The position numbers and the translations under genes were made by a program. A stretch of DNA of 63,931 nt, filler included, from Choristocarpus tenellus KU-1152 (taxonomy: Eukaryota > Protista > Phaeophyceae), in assembly GCA_964200185.2 (NCBI GenBank). It is 10 parts of 10 records of this genome, joined end to end, with 100 filler letters (N's around TTAATTAATTAA, not from the genome) between each part and the next. Parts side by side here need not be neighbours in the genome. Positions count along the whole stretch, not along the records: positions 30,446 to 40,989 come from CAXNAD020002866.1; positions 41,090 to 53,008 come from CAXNAD020002069.1; 8 more parts are not named here. One strand, written 5' to 3'. Shown in pieces: positions 37,960 to 50,100 of this stretch. Each line of letters begins with the position of its first letter. Positions within the stretch are counted from its first letter, which is position 1. The notes under the pieces were generated by a model. It made no database searches. It was not told where the DNA came from and was given only the letters and a program-made list of their open reading frames with translations.

Positions 37960-40400
37960 AAACTTCCTGGAAGCCTAGGAGGAACGGGAATAGGCACAGA
38001 AAAAACTGCAAAAAGATAAAAAAAATATATACCGCTTCAAGAAGGCATTGAAGACACTTGGCAAATAGCTCCAAGTGCTGGGGGCGTCTGCTCTTAATCA
38101 GCAACATGGAAAACCTTTTCCATTATGGGAACCAACTTGGTTTCTACCAACACCTGAAAGGGTTCACAGAAGAGAGAAACTGTCAAAATGCCTCTCACCA
38201 CATCCCCAACGAATCTGTCCAAGTAATCAGGGAACAAGCATTCATCATGGAACGGTGGAGGAGATACTTCACAACAATAGTGCTCCTAAACACCAAGTGG
38301 GATGATCTCGACCCTTGTAGTGCTGAAGTCCTCAATCAACGACCCACATCCGTGGTCCTCGCTACTGCACGATCGATGAAGGGGGTGGCGGAAGCACCCC
38401 GAGCAACGGGAAATGGGAAGGCTAAGGGTCCCGACAATGTTGCAGTTAACCTCGTAAACTTGTCCTGCAGAAGAACGAGGCTATCCTTCAGAGTTTCAAT
38501 AAGATTGTGTTGGCTCTCAAGGACCAGCAAGTGTGCCTTACATCTGGAACGAATCGGTCGTCATTGTCCTTTATAAGAAGAACGACCGGACTGACTTGTA
38601 GCAACTACATTGGTGGTACATGCTGGCAAAGTAGTTGAAAGGCAGCTGGGAAAATATCTGGTACGGAAAAACATACACCACGAGGAACAGTGCGGTTTCC
38701 GAGCACTGTGGACATGATGTTACACTGCACGTGCCCTTCAAGAAGTTGACCAGGAAAGTCACGTCCCCTGTTCATGTGTTCTTACGATCTACAGAAAGCA
38801 ATGAGTCAAAGTATCTTAGAAGTTAGAGCCGCGTCAGTTAGGGGGCCAAAATCCAATGTTGCGATTTTGATATAATTTTGGCTATTGTGTTTGTTAGGAA
38901 GTGACAATATCCTTGTTCTAAACACACCTTATCATAATGTATACATTTTACCTACTCCGAAACATTTCAGATTTGGAAAATGTAATAAAAAATACCCAAG
39001 GGAAGTCAAGCCCCAAATGGACAAACAGGGCAAAATTCGTACCCTCTAAGATACTTTCACTCATAGGAACCTGTTGATCGCGACCTCCTGTGGGTTGTGA
39101 GGCCAAATTTAGCACATCTGAGAAGAATTTTTTCAAGATTGTTTCTTTCATCCGCCAATTCCAAGTTGGGAATGAGAACATGTGTGATGGCAAGTGCACT
39201 GACTGGTTCGAGGTTGGACAGGGCCTTCAGCAGGGGTGTGTTCTTCCTCCCATCCTCTTCAATATCCTTTTACTGAAGTGCTAGGTGTAGCAGTTAAGGA
39301 ATTTTCCTCTGACCAGCTCATCTCCAAGAATCTTGTTCTTATCGAGAGAGCAACCACAAATAACCAGATAAGAGGAGGAGCAATAGGAAGTGGGCCAATA
39401 CTTGAACAACTCTTGCGGGGTGTATACATTATGCTGATGATGCAGGCATTGTCTCCACAACCCAATCAAGAAGGTTTGAGTCAAACCAACTGAGAGGTAG
39501 GCAGTGTTACAATTTAGAGGTCCTGAGTAAGGGCGAAACATCCCATTTTGTACAATTGCAGAAAGAGCGTTTGCTGAATTGTGGTGTAACATAGTGTGTA
39601 AAAATAGGAGAATTCAATGTTTCGTACACTATTGACAAAAAGAAAATTAGATTGTATTGCACAGGGTGAGAAAGATGACTAAGAACGCAAAAGTGTCCAA
39701 ACCTACCTACCTCTCAATTGGTTTGGCTCTTTGATCAGGATAATGGTGGTGATAGTGAAGGTGGACAGATGATTCTGTCTGACTGTGCCAACACTGAAGA
39801 TGGAAACCATTTGTCTTTGGGCTTCTAATGAGTTTCCAGATACCATGTAGATCCAGGCACTCGATCAGACCTATAAGCAGAGTGTAAGTTTGTGTACCTT
39901 GGAGGAACTATCAGTGATGAAGCCACTATCACTGATGTTGAGATCAGCCGAAGGATTCCAGAAAGCTTGGAATTGTTTTCGTGAATACAACCAAGTGCTC
40001 TGTGACTGGACCTCATGTTTATCACTTGAGCTTGAGATTCGCATGCTCAAGGCTGAGGTACTCGAGTTTTTTGTATGGTTGTATGACATGGACACTCCAC
40101 TAGGCCCACATCCTGAGGCTTAGTTCACCTCACCACAGATTTCTCCCTCCATTACAATGGATTCTGCAAGCTGGAAAGTACCAGTCATGTCCAGTCATTC
40201 AAAGGTGCTCTAGTGAAGACTGAGTTTCGGCGTATTGAGGCAATTAGTGTGCAAGCGGAGACTCCTATTTGCTAGGTCAGTGACACACATGGGGATGAGC
40301 GACCTCCTATAGTGTTGATATTTGGGGAGCTTGCAGCAGGAAGGCGGAAGTATGGTGGACAAGACAAAAAATTGGTGGATATCCCTCCAAGACACCCAAA
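37960..40400 (+). mobile_element. degenerate RTE-type LINE reverse transcriptase remnant
   Basis: ERWRRYF..LLNTK, GNGKAKGPD, EEQCGFR, DLQKA..VDRDLLW, TDWFEVGQGLQQGCVLPPILFNI, YADDAG, FVYLGGTIS, IRMLKAEVLE, IFGELAAG in colinear order; stops, frameshifts and insertions. Confidence 0.9.
38803..39062. mobile_element. MITE subfamily C inserted in the LINE RT DLQKAYD motif
   Basis: GAGTCAAAGTATCTTAGA..TCTAAGATACTTTCACTC TIRs. Confidence 0.85.
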
Positions 40401-40989
40401 TTACCACCACCACCACCACCATCATCACTGCTTGTTGAATTATTGTTTTTTGTCACATTCTCATTTTTGGTTGCTCTTCTTGCATTCATAATCATTCTCC
40501 TTCTTCTCATTACCCTTCTGTTATTTTTTTTATAGCATAGCAATGTTTTTCCACTTGCGATTTTTATCTTCTGTTCTTTCCGCTTCTTTTTTATTTTATT
40601 TTATTTTTCCCTTCTCTTATAGCTTTTATTTTATTTTCTTGTTTTTGATGTCTTTAGAAGCAACGTCTATTGCCTTTTTTGAACTCATCTTTTTAATTAC
40701 GAATGTAGTATCTAGGCTCCCTTTCGGAGTTGGTGATGTATATATGTTACAGGCGCCCCTCGATGTTGACTTTTCCAGGATGTACAAGTCAAGTCCAATT
40801 CACAGATTATCGAACGTCAGCTAGGCAGAACAATAGTACTCTCAGGTGAATCAAGTAGCACAAGAAAAGTGTGTATTGGTATCGATATCAGTTAAGAGAG
40901 AACTGAATAAGTAGGGCCCTCTGGGCCAGAAGAACTGAGCCGTTTGGAGCCGTTTTTAGGATCTCTTATCATCATTTACCGTTGGGGCT

Positions 40990-41089
40990 NNNNNNNNNNN
41001 NNNNNNNNNNNNNNNNNNNNNNNNNNNNNNNNNTTAATTAATTAANNNNNNNNNNNNNNNNNNNNNNNNNNNNNNNNNNNNNNNNNNNN
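40990..41089. other. artificial contig linker
   Basis: N44-TTAATTAATTAA-N44. Confidence 0.98.
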
Positions 41090-41334
41090 CCGCGCGTTCT
41101 GGACCCACAACAATAGCAACTCCCCAAAATTCCATTCACACATGACAAGCCCCAAAAAAACATATCAACTTCCACGCCTGGGTTCCTCATTGTCACGCCA
41201 GACATGTGCCCTTGGTTCTCGAAAGATATATTTTTCTCAACACGCACACACACACACACACTCACACACATTTATATATCCATCGCTTGTGCAAAATTCA
41301 GCGTTTTTCATCTGCCTGGGCAAAAGATGTGAAT

Positions 41335-41580
41335 GGTCTAGATCGTGGACCAGGTTGGTTCCAGTATTTTCTGACACGTTCGGACCTGGCCCATCAAGTG
41401 TGGGAACCTGTCTGGTCCACGAGCTGGACGGCTTCGAATATTTTCTGTTGCATCAGGACTGGTTCCACCAACCATCCTAACGGTCTGGTTTGAGGACCGG
41501 AAAGGATCGGACCGGACCGGTTCAATTTGGAGTCGGACCAAGTGCAATATACCGGTCCGGTTTGTCTGTCGATCCGTGTG
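41335..41580. repeat. GGACC/GGTCC-rich dispersed repeat (transposon subterminal-like); similar tracts near 2540-2640, 27250-27320/27503-27620, 62780-63060
   Basis: Dense GGACC, ACCGG and GGTCC motifs in both orientations. Confidence 0.5.
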
Positions 41581-44362
41581 TAAAATGTCTGCAAATGTCA
41601 ACTAAACTAGTGCTACAAATATCAAGAGCTGGTGTCACAGGCGATATGTCTTGAGGGCGGTTTCATAAACACCATTATGACCATGAAGTCCTAGATTTGA
41701 TAAACTTGTACCTCTGGACTATTCATTTAATAATTAGTTAGTATCATGCCCCCACGTGGTACATCCTTGCCACTTCCGTTTATATGACGATTTTGATGTT
41801 ACTTCTAAAGGGAATAACCCAAATGAGAGATCCAGCATGCTTGACGACTTCTGTATCGGGAGTCTTTTATGTGCATCAGCGTCATCTATAGGCTTGTGAA
41901 CAGGAGCTGTACATCCTGTGGAGGTAAGCTTTTTGAGCTTGCTGTAATACCAGGACCTGTGATGTGAACAGAACATGCATGAGATGGTAATAGCCGTAAC
42001 GTATACAGACAGAAATCGGTTAGTTTTAATGGTATTAAGTACAAAAGGTGCAAGTGACTGAAAGGTTTGTGAGGGCCACTTGTCAAAATTGTTTGGTTCT
42101 TATGTCACCACGTTTCTAAGTACCATGTGGTACATGGTACAAGTATTGCATAGGATTAACACCGCACTCTACTTCTTATATAATGTATAATAGGTACAGA
42201 AACCTGATAGGTTTCCTACCGTAGATGTTACGTATCATGGGTTGATTGACTTGTGTGTCAAGTGTTTCCGACAGGGCTAGTCCATGGCCATCAACTCATT
42301 CAAGATCGCCGGACTGATGAAAAGCACTTGAAAAGATCTAGACTATTTAAGAGCTCATTTGTTTCTTTGTACACTTGCCCAAGCTGAAAGATGGTTCGAT
42401 GATACCAGCATTCCAAAGAACATGCTATGAAGACCCGTTCCTCACACAGGGATACTTCTTTGCCACTGCTCTCTATTGTCTTCGCCTTCCTGGACAAGGG
42501 TAACCTAATATTCCCCCTCTTGCCCTCATCCCCCCACTATCCGACCAGTTTGGATTGCACACACATTACACCCAACACGCCAAATGTAGGAAACTTTGGC
42601 AGTGTCCGAGAATGGGCAAACCATCTGGGAGTGGCAGACCCCAGACCTATACAAAAGAGAGCTATTCTAATAGTCTTTGCTTTATGTGGTATGGATGTAT
42701 TTAGTAGCGGAGTGAGCACTACCCTCAAGGTGTGTGGGTGTGCTCCCTTATTATCTATTACCTATTGCGCACGTCAACAGACAAATCAGAATGTGGCTAT
42801 GTGAGTCGCACTACGTTATGGATTCTAATACGTCAGTAATCATTCCTCAGCCACTCGTATCAAGCAGAAGTAAGAAGCCAATCCACCAAGAGTTGAACCT
42901 GTTACTCTAAGAACACGGAAACGAGTCAATGACACTTAATCCACTCACTTAACACCTCTGTTGTATGGTACACGTCATTAAAAACATGAATCCATATAGA
43001 CTACCTAGCCTATATTGCACAAGACCAACAGGGGACCTGATGGAGGTACTGTGGGGATGGGTTCTGGCGATACGGTTCGCTGTTTTGAGGTTGTCTAAAT
43101 TACGGGAGGGTCTACAATCTTTTGTTGGAGGTCACTTGATTCAGTCAAGTGTATTGTAAGTTGGGATTGAATGCTTGATGGTATTGAGGGGGAGGGTAGG
43201 GGAATCGTTGACAATATTCTGCAATTGTCCAGCGTTTTCCTGGAGGATCCATTGTTTCTGCAGTATAATAATATTATTCTACAACACACTCAAGGGGTAC
43301 ATACATACATACATACAAATGTATCTTTGTGCATGCTCTGTTTGGGAATGTGATCTTCAGCGGAGCAGGTGTGGTATCCTTCCCAAATGAACAGTTTGGA
43401 TAAGACGAGGCTAATGTTGCTTTAGAGAAATTTCTCGGAATTTTGATTTTTTTCATTTCAGGTAGGTATTGCTGTGGTAGTTGTAGATGGATTAGTCACC
43501 CCTTTTCTGAAGCCTTTTGATCCTCCTGGGAATACAGTACCAGAGGACATGTGAAGATCGGACCGTGCTTTTTTTATTATGGGAGTTTGCTGGAGGGTGA
43601 GATTAGTCTTTTTTACAGATCTGTACTATAGAGTTGAACGTGTAAAGCCCTGTTCGCTGAGTGGGCTGAGCTTCCAATTGTGAAGTAGTGGTGAAAGGAA
43701 GTCACAAACACATCACCCTCCCATATATTGAGGTCAAATCCCTGTTTTATGTATGGTCCCAATGTGTATTACTATAATACTTAGTGTGGCCTTTTGTTCA
43801 TTGGGGTATCCTTGCAATGTACCCAACTTGATTACTATCCTCCTTGTTCATGGCCTCTCTTAGTCACACCAAGGCTGAAAGGCTACGGAGTTGGATGAAG
43901 AAACAACATTTGACCAAATTGGGGAGTCTATGTTCGACCGCAAACCAATAGGAATCGCTCATCCGGCAACCTCCCCCTTTTCCTTTAAATCTTGTCATCA
44001 CTCTCTCAGAGCACCAACTTACTCCTCTCAGTCCCAAGGCATTACCGCCCCGTCAAGCTCTACCTCATGCCACTCACCCCCCTGCTTACTGTTTTTCAAC
44101 TCCACTAACGGACCCTACTCTTGACGATTAAAGGGTGGGGCTTCAGAAATGGCCGTTGCTGCACAGCGAGAACTGGATGACATGATCAAAGCTGTAGCAG
44201 AGTACCTTCGATCTCAGTCAATATGGGTACGGAATGAGGGTCAATGGGACAATGACAATATGTGACTGTGTGAGACTATCAAATAGGTGGGGTTTTTGGC
44301 GCCATGGAAGAAGCGTAGTGGATCGCTCAGAGCCGAGAAGAGATTTTATTTTATTCGGCAAT

Positions 44363-44620
44363 GAGTGAAAGTATCTTAGAGGGTAGGAGTTTTGCCCTGT
44401 TTGTCCATTTGGGGCTTGGATTCGCACGGGTTTAAAATGACATTTTACCTACTCCGAAATGTTTTGGAGTAGGTAAAATGTGTATGTTATGAAAAGTGCG
44501 TCTAGAACAAGGATAATGAGACTTCCTAACAAATATGATGACCAAAATTACATCAAACTTTCAACATTGGATTTTGACCGCAAAACGGACGCGGCTCTAC
44601 CCTCTAAGACACTTTGACTC
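44363..44620. mobile_element. MITE subfamily C, complete, TSD AAT
   Basis: GAGTGAAAGTATCTTAGAGGGTAG..CTACCCTCTAAGACACTTTGACTC TIRs; opposite orientation to 38803-39062. Confidence 0.85.
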
Positions 44621-44738
44621 AATGGGACTGGTGTACGATTTTTGCGTGGATAGAAGGGAAACGACAGCAGCAAGCAGTGAGGCCGAGATTGTATTTTGAA
44701 ACCTTGACTGCGGCAGGATGAGGGGTGTTAAGCGGAGA

Positions 44739-45900
44739 TGGGGTTTGGGTTGGGGCAGTGAATGAATGCTCTTGGGTCAACCTCTCCAGGTGTCTGGTGA
44801 TGTTTGAGTATCGTGGGCACAGATTGTTTCCTTCCCCCCGGCCCCCCCCCTCCCCCACACACACATTTTTTTATTCAACCTCTTCTACTCGCATATCGTT
44901 CCCTAACCCTCGAGATGTGTGCACGAAGAAGGGAAGAAGTGTGTTTTGTGTTAGTTATTGTTGTGTCCATCCGTGTTTGCTTCCTGCAATTCGTGTCTGC
45001 ATCCCTGCAGAGCGATGGTGTTCTTGGAACAGTGTGGTGTTTTGCTGGACTACGCTGGGATGGGATGGGCTGAGGGTCTCTATCCATTTGATTGTTTTGC
45101 TGCAGTTGTGAAGGTCTCTCAGCGTGGTGAATTATTGTGTCGTTGGCCTGCTGTTGATCAGAGTGCTTGCCATGGAGGCTTCTCACGCAGTGCAGGGTTT
45201 AGATGAGGGTGGTCATGTTTGGGGTGTTTTTTGCGTTTTTTGGTGAGATAATTGAATTGGCGATCCAGGGAGTGGTACTTGTAGTCAGATTTTAACGGGT
45301 CCTCAAAGAAGAGCTTTTGATAGGGTTATGGAATGTATTTTGGTGTGCGATTTCTTAAATCCTTGTTGCCATTGGAAATAGAGGTGATTGCAATGTGCTT
45401 TGTTGTGCCCTTGAGAAGGAGCCATTGCGTCAACCTTCTGGCGCTACTGCCTGTGTATGTTGGAGGATGCTTTGAGGCTCCCTTTGGTTTGAGACCTGCG
45501 TATATTCGCATCTCATCAGAGCTATACTTTCGCCTTGAAGTGTAGATATTGAGTCTGGGGAGAGATGAGGAAAGGGGCTTGAGTTTTGTGAGGTCTATGA
45601 CTAATAGTGGTCCGAAAAAGCTGTTCATAGGAGCTCTACGCAAAGCTCGTTGACACGGACCATGCTCGATAATGTCTCCCATAGTCAGAGTGGTATTATT
45701 CGAAAATAGAAAATCCCTATCACGTGCCCTGTGTGAATAGTTTTTGCCCTTTTGATTTTGGTACCAAAGAGCTTTGTGCGGCAGTGTGCCAGTTGGGAAT
45801 ATAATTGCTATGGTGCTTCCCCCCATGGACTGAGATATAGGCAATAATTGCAGTATCTCTAACCACAGGTTATATTTGAAGGAAAAAACGGAACGAATTA
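44739..45900. repeat. left arm of ~1.16-kb inverted repeat
   Basis: Reverse complement of 51845-53008 with scattered substitutions; near-identical ORF translations in both arms. Confidence 0.95.
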
Positions 45901-46156
45901 GCAGTATGCATGCACACACCTCTGTACCCGTGAGTCCAGACAAAGGTTCTTGTGGCTTTGAGGTCTCCCAGAGTGGCTAGGAAAACCTCCACACTAATAG
46001 AAGGGAAGATCATGAATAAGCAGTGTAGCATTGCATATTTTCTAGCATTTTCTACTACGTTTCCTGAATTTCCTGAATACATTTTGGGAGCATCCAGTAG
46101 TATACGTTCATATATTTGTGGGGATTGAAAACAATTTCACCCAAGTACACAAATAT

Positions 46157-46157
<1 letters not shown>

Positions 46158-46195
<38 letters not shown>
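46158..46195. repeat. (TG)n microsatellite
   Basis: Directly visible. Confidence 0.95.
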
Positions 46196-46196
<1 letters not shown>

Positions 46197-47137
46197 AAAA
46201 TAAATCCTCAGGGACGGATTGTTCTATATTTTGTGTCTAAGGGTGTTTTAAAAATAAGATTGGAGGGATAGCGGAGCTTGGATTGTGCATTGAAACTAGC
46301 CTCCCTTTTCCTTTCCTGTAGAGATTCTGCTGGCTGCTAGTTGCGTGTCAATCGGGAGGGAAAAGTGAAACTTGAGCTATCACGGTCAGGCGTTATGCCT
46401 ACATCTTTTGGGACTTTGAGGTGACCGTATAGTAAATACTGCTGTAGACGGAGCGTTGAAAATACCAGCCTGGCCACGATGATTTCTGAAACACAGTTAG
46501 GAACAAACTCCAATGTAAACCTTGTAAAACACGTGAAAATGAAATAGTACTATATTTCTAGAATAGGAGTAACGATCTGGTCACTTCAAAAAAGGTGTTG
46601 GGAAATTTACAAATACTATATCAGTAGTAGGAAGTATTACTTCAAGGTGAAGTGAAGTGATGTGTCTGTGACAAGCACAGTGAGTCCCGAGCACAAATGA
46701 ACCACACAAGAGTGTACCTAAATGTAGGTAGAGAACACAACATGGAAGAGAGAGCAAGATATGTCATTGTTGATGTCCTTGCAATTGTACAGGTGCAAGT
46801 TGATGTTATATTTGCTTCAACAGTCAACAGCGACAAGACAAACTACAAAGAAAACACAAGTCGCTTCCACTTACAAGATGTGTCTTCAGAGGGTACACAT
46901 AGCTATAATACAATACAACAAACGTATGCAAGAGTATCCCCCAGGAGACCACAACCTGCTCTCCAAACTTACGCTTCAACAACACAGTAAACCTACTAGC
47001 AACATTAGTAAAAATATTACAAAATCGATTTTTCCATCCAAAGTATACAACCCAGTGTCCCCCAGCCTCGACTCTTCCCCCCCCCAAAAAGAAACAAAAC
47101 AAAAACAAAATGGGGCATGAAAGGATCCAAGATTCCA

Positions 47138-50100
47138 TCAATCTGTCAGTGTCCACAGATGTTCCTCGCCCTTGTAGAGCGATGCAGTTCCACCGTCCAC
47201 AACAACTCGGTAATCGTTGGACGGCCACCTGAGCCATGACAGATTTAGGAAGTTTGGGCGCCTCCTTCCTGACCTGGATTCCAGTTGCCGACCATTTTGG
47301 TGAATTTCCTGTGAGTGGTCGGTGCGACATGTGCGACATGTGCCACAGGTGGCATTCAGCATTCAGCAGGAGAAAATTCATTGCGTCACATGCTTAGTGC
47401 AAGAATTGTGCTCAACAACATAAATCCAAGCTATTCCAATAGTTCCCAGGAGTAGGAATGGGAGATCCACACATACGGACAAACCTTACCAAAATACAAC
47501 TCAAACCACAACTACCCAGTCTTTCCACGCCCTCAGGGCAATCCCTCTCTCCGGCAGAGTCCACTCCACATCAATTCATCTATCCACTCACCACAGTGCC
47601 CCGCTCCGTGACGGACATGACCACCCTCTCCCTCTCTTCTTGGTCGTAGGTTGCTACCTCCTCTTCGGACATGCCTTTCATACCCATGGCCTCACGCACC
47701 TTGAATGATGGAGATGTAGATTTGCCCCAACCAAACCAAGACCTTGAAGGAAAATATTTCCTTGGCATCTTGGTGCACCTCATGGTTGAAGTCTCAACCC
47801 ACTCGTTCCTCATCACATCAAGCGAAGAGACTCGGAAGGAACCATCAACGGCCGATAGAGTACCCTTGCAATGATCTTCTTTGTTGAGTAGGTAATCAAA
47901 GCCAGGTGTTGTTTGCAGGTAGTCCCCCACGGACAGGTAGGCACGCCTACTTTTCACCAAAGAACCCTGTAGGTGATCATCGTAGGGCAGAGGAGGGGGG
48001 TGCAAGGAGGAACAAAATAGTGAGCTGTACCATATAAGTGAAGTGCATCCACTCACCAGAAAGGCTCCCCTCACTCCCCTCACTCCCCTCACACAACCAC
48101 AAAATCTCAACAAAGCCAGCAAAGGACTATGAAAGAACAAGAAAGTATTTTCCTTGCTCAGGCGGGGTCAGGTGGGGTGTAGCACGGGCCAACGTCTCAC
48201 AAGGTATTCCAACGTCTCGGTGAGCTTCTTCCTCCTGTCCATCTTCTCTTGCCCCTCGTCGATTATTATCGGGCCCTGAATGAGGATACACACCATGCCA
48301 CGCGATGCAAATAATCCAACAATAAAAAATAACAATGAGAGGAAGGGATTTATTTATTCACCGAGAAATCAGGGGAATACCAGGCAAGGCATCGTCGTGT
48401 CAATACTGCCTAAAGACACCCAACAAACCAGATACACAACCCCATGCTCCACAAAAAGGTTACCAACAGAAACCTCACCACATCTACCCAGTTCTGAAAA
48501 GCAATAACCTACACCAAGAAATGTGCCATTACCTCGAGCCAAACCACTCTCAGTCTACATGGGTCAACAAGGGGGAGAGGATTGGATGATGGGCTTAGTC
48601 CAATGCAACTCACCACAATTAGGGCCTCGGTCATGGTCCTCACGGTTGCTGCTGGTGGGATGGGCACAAAATACGAACCTTTGTCGGGCTGGAGAACCTA
48701 GGGATTGGAGCGGTTCAGATGTGAACAGGGGAAGCATGGGGATGTGGGGGAGGGAAGGGGTCATTACATTACACACTACACAAATTTCACACAGTGCAAT
48801 GCTAACCCCCTAATTGAGCACAGAATTGATTCTCACAAAAAATATATCCACTTTGAATTTGAAGCGTCTCTAGGAACAGAGCTATATTAGTGGGTGCAAT
48901 ACACCATACATGATGTAAGAACATCATTAGTTCAAGTACACAATGAAGATGTATCCCAGAAAGATCAGCCTCTTCTAGGACAAGAATCTCGACCTGCAAA
49001 ATTGAAGTCGTACCTGAAAGATGGGAACATCTTCACCAGTAACCCACGATCGTCTCTTGGCATCACCAACATCCATCTGCACAGGTAGGGAAGCCAAGCA
49101 CATATCCCAAGAGGTGCAAGGAGGTCAGTGACAGTAGGATATAACATGCACACACAGTGGATCATAGTACACACCGTCTTGTGCGAGTGGTTAATCCCAT
49201 CCTCATCGGAATCGTGAAAAAAAAAAAAAAACTACAGTGCGTAGCAAAATCAACCCCCCTCCCCATAACTACTGGAGAAAAAGAAAAAAGTGTAAGGCTG
49301 TCTCCAAGGGCCTACTGCAAGCGAGGCCCGAACCAACCTTTGCGTATACAATATCATAGCCCATGACACTAGAGACCTTAGCAGCAGCCTCAAATGCTTC
49401 CGCATACCACTTGCTGTGTCCTGGACAAGATGAAAGGAGAGATACGAGGAAAGACAGGGGCAGGTATAACCAGGGTTGCCTGTGCAGAACATTTGACACT
49501 ACACCAAAAAATGCGCACGTGTAACAATCAGGCCTATTCAATAGAGGAGCCAGGGAAAAAAAAAAAAACACCCCTTACTTACAGTATCTGCTTCCTAATT
49601 CCCTCGAAATAGCAATCACAACTTTGGACAATGATCCTACAGTGACGCTTGGAATAGTAACAGTTGGTGTGTGTACATTGGTTACCTTGATGAGTTCTCA
49701 TCACCACTGCTCGCTTATGACCAAAACGGAGTAGCATAAATTGCTTCATGCTGATACCGTTCACAGCTGTCCCGTGGGACAGGGAGTTGTCCATGGAGGG
49801 GGGGGGTTTCACCACCTCATCCGGTGGAGTGTCCTGTGATGGAAGGAACGGAAGGTGTCACGCTCCGACAGTAGAATTATCCATAAAAGAAGCTCATACC
49901 AGCAACACCCCACACATTACATTACACAAGGAAAGCACCCTTCCTAAATTTGATGAAAGCAGTGGGTAAGGTATGCCTTCCAAGATGGAGTACATTAAAG
50001 CGCAAGAAGTGGAGTTTAAAAGTTCACGTGTCCCCCCTCTTTGCTGTACAAGACTAGAATCATCAATGCATAGATACATGAGGACACAAGAACTTGGCAC

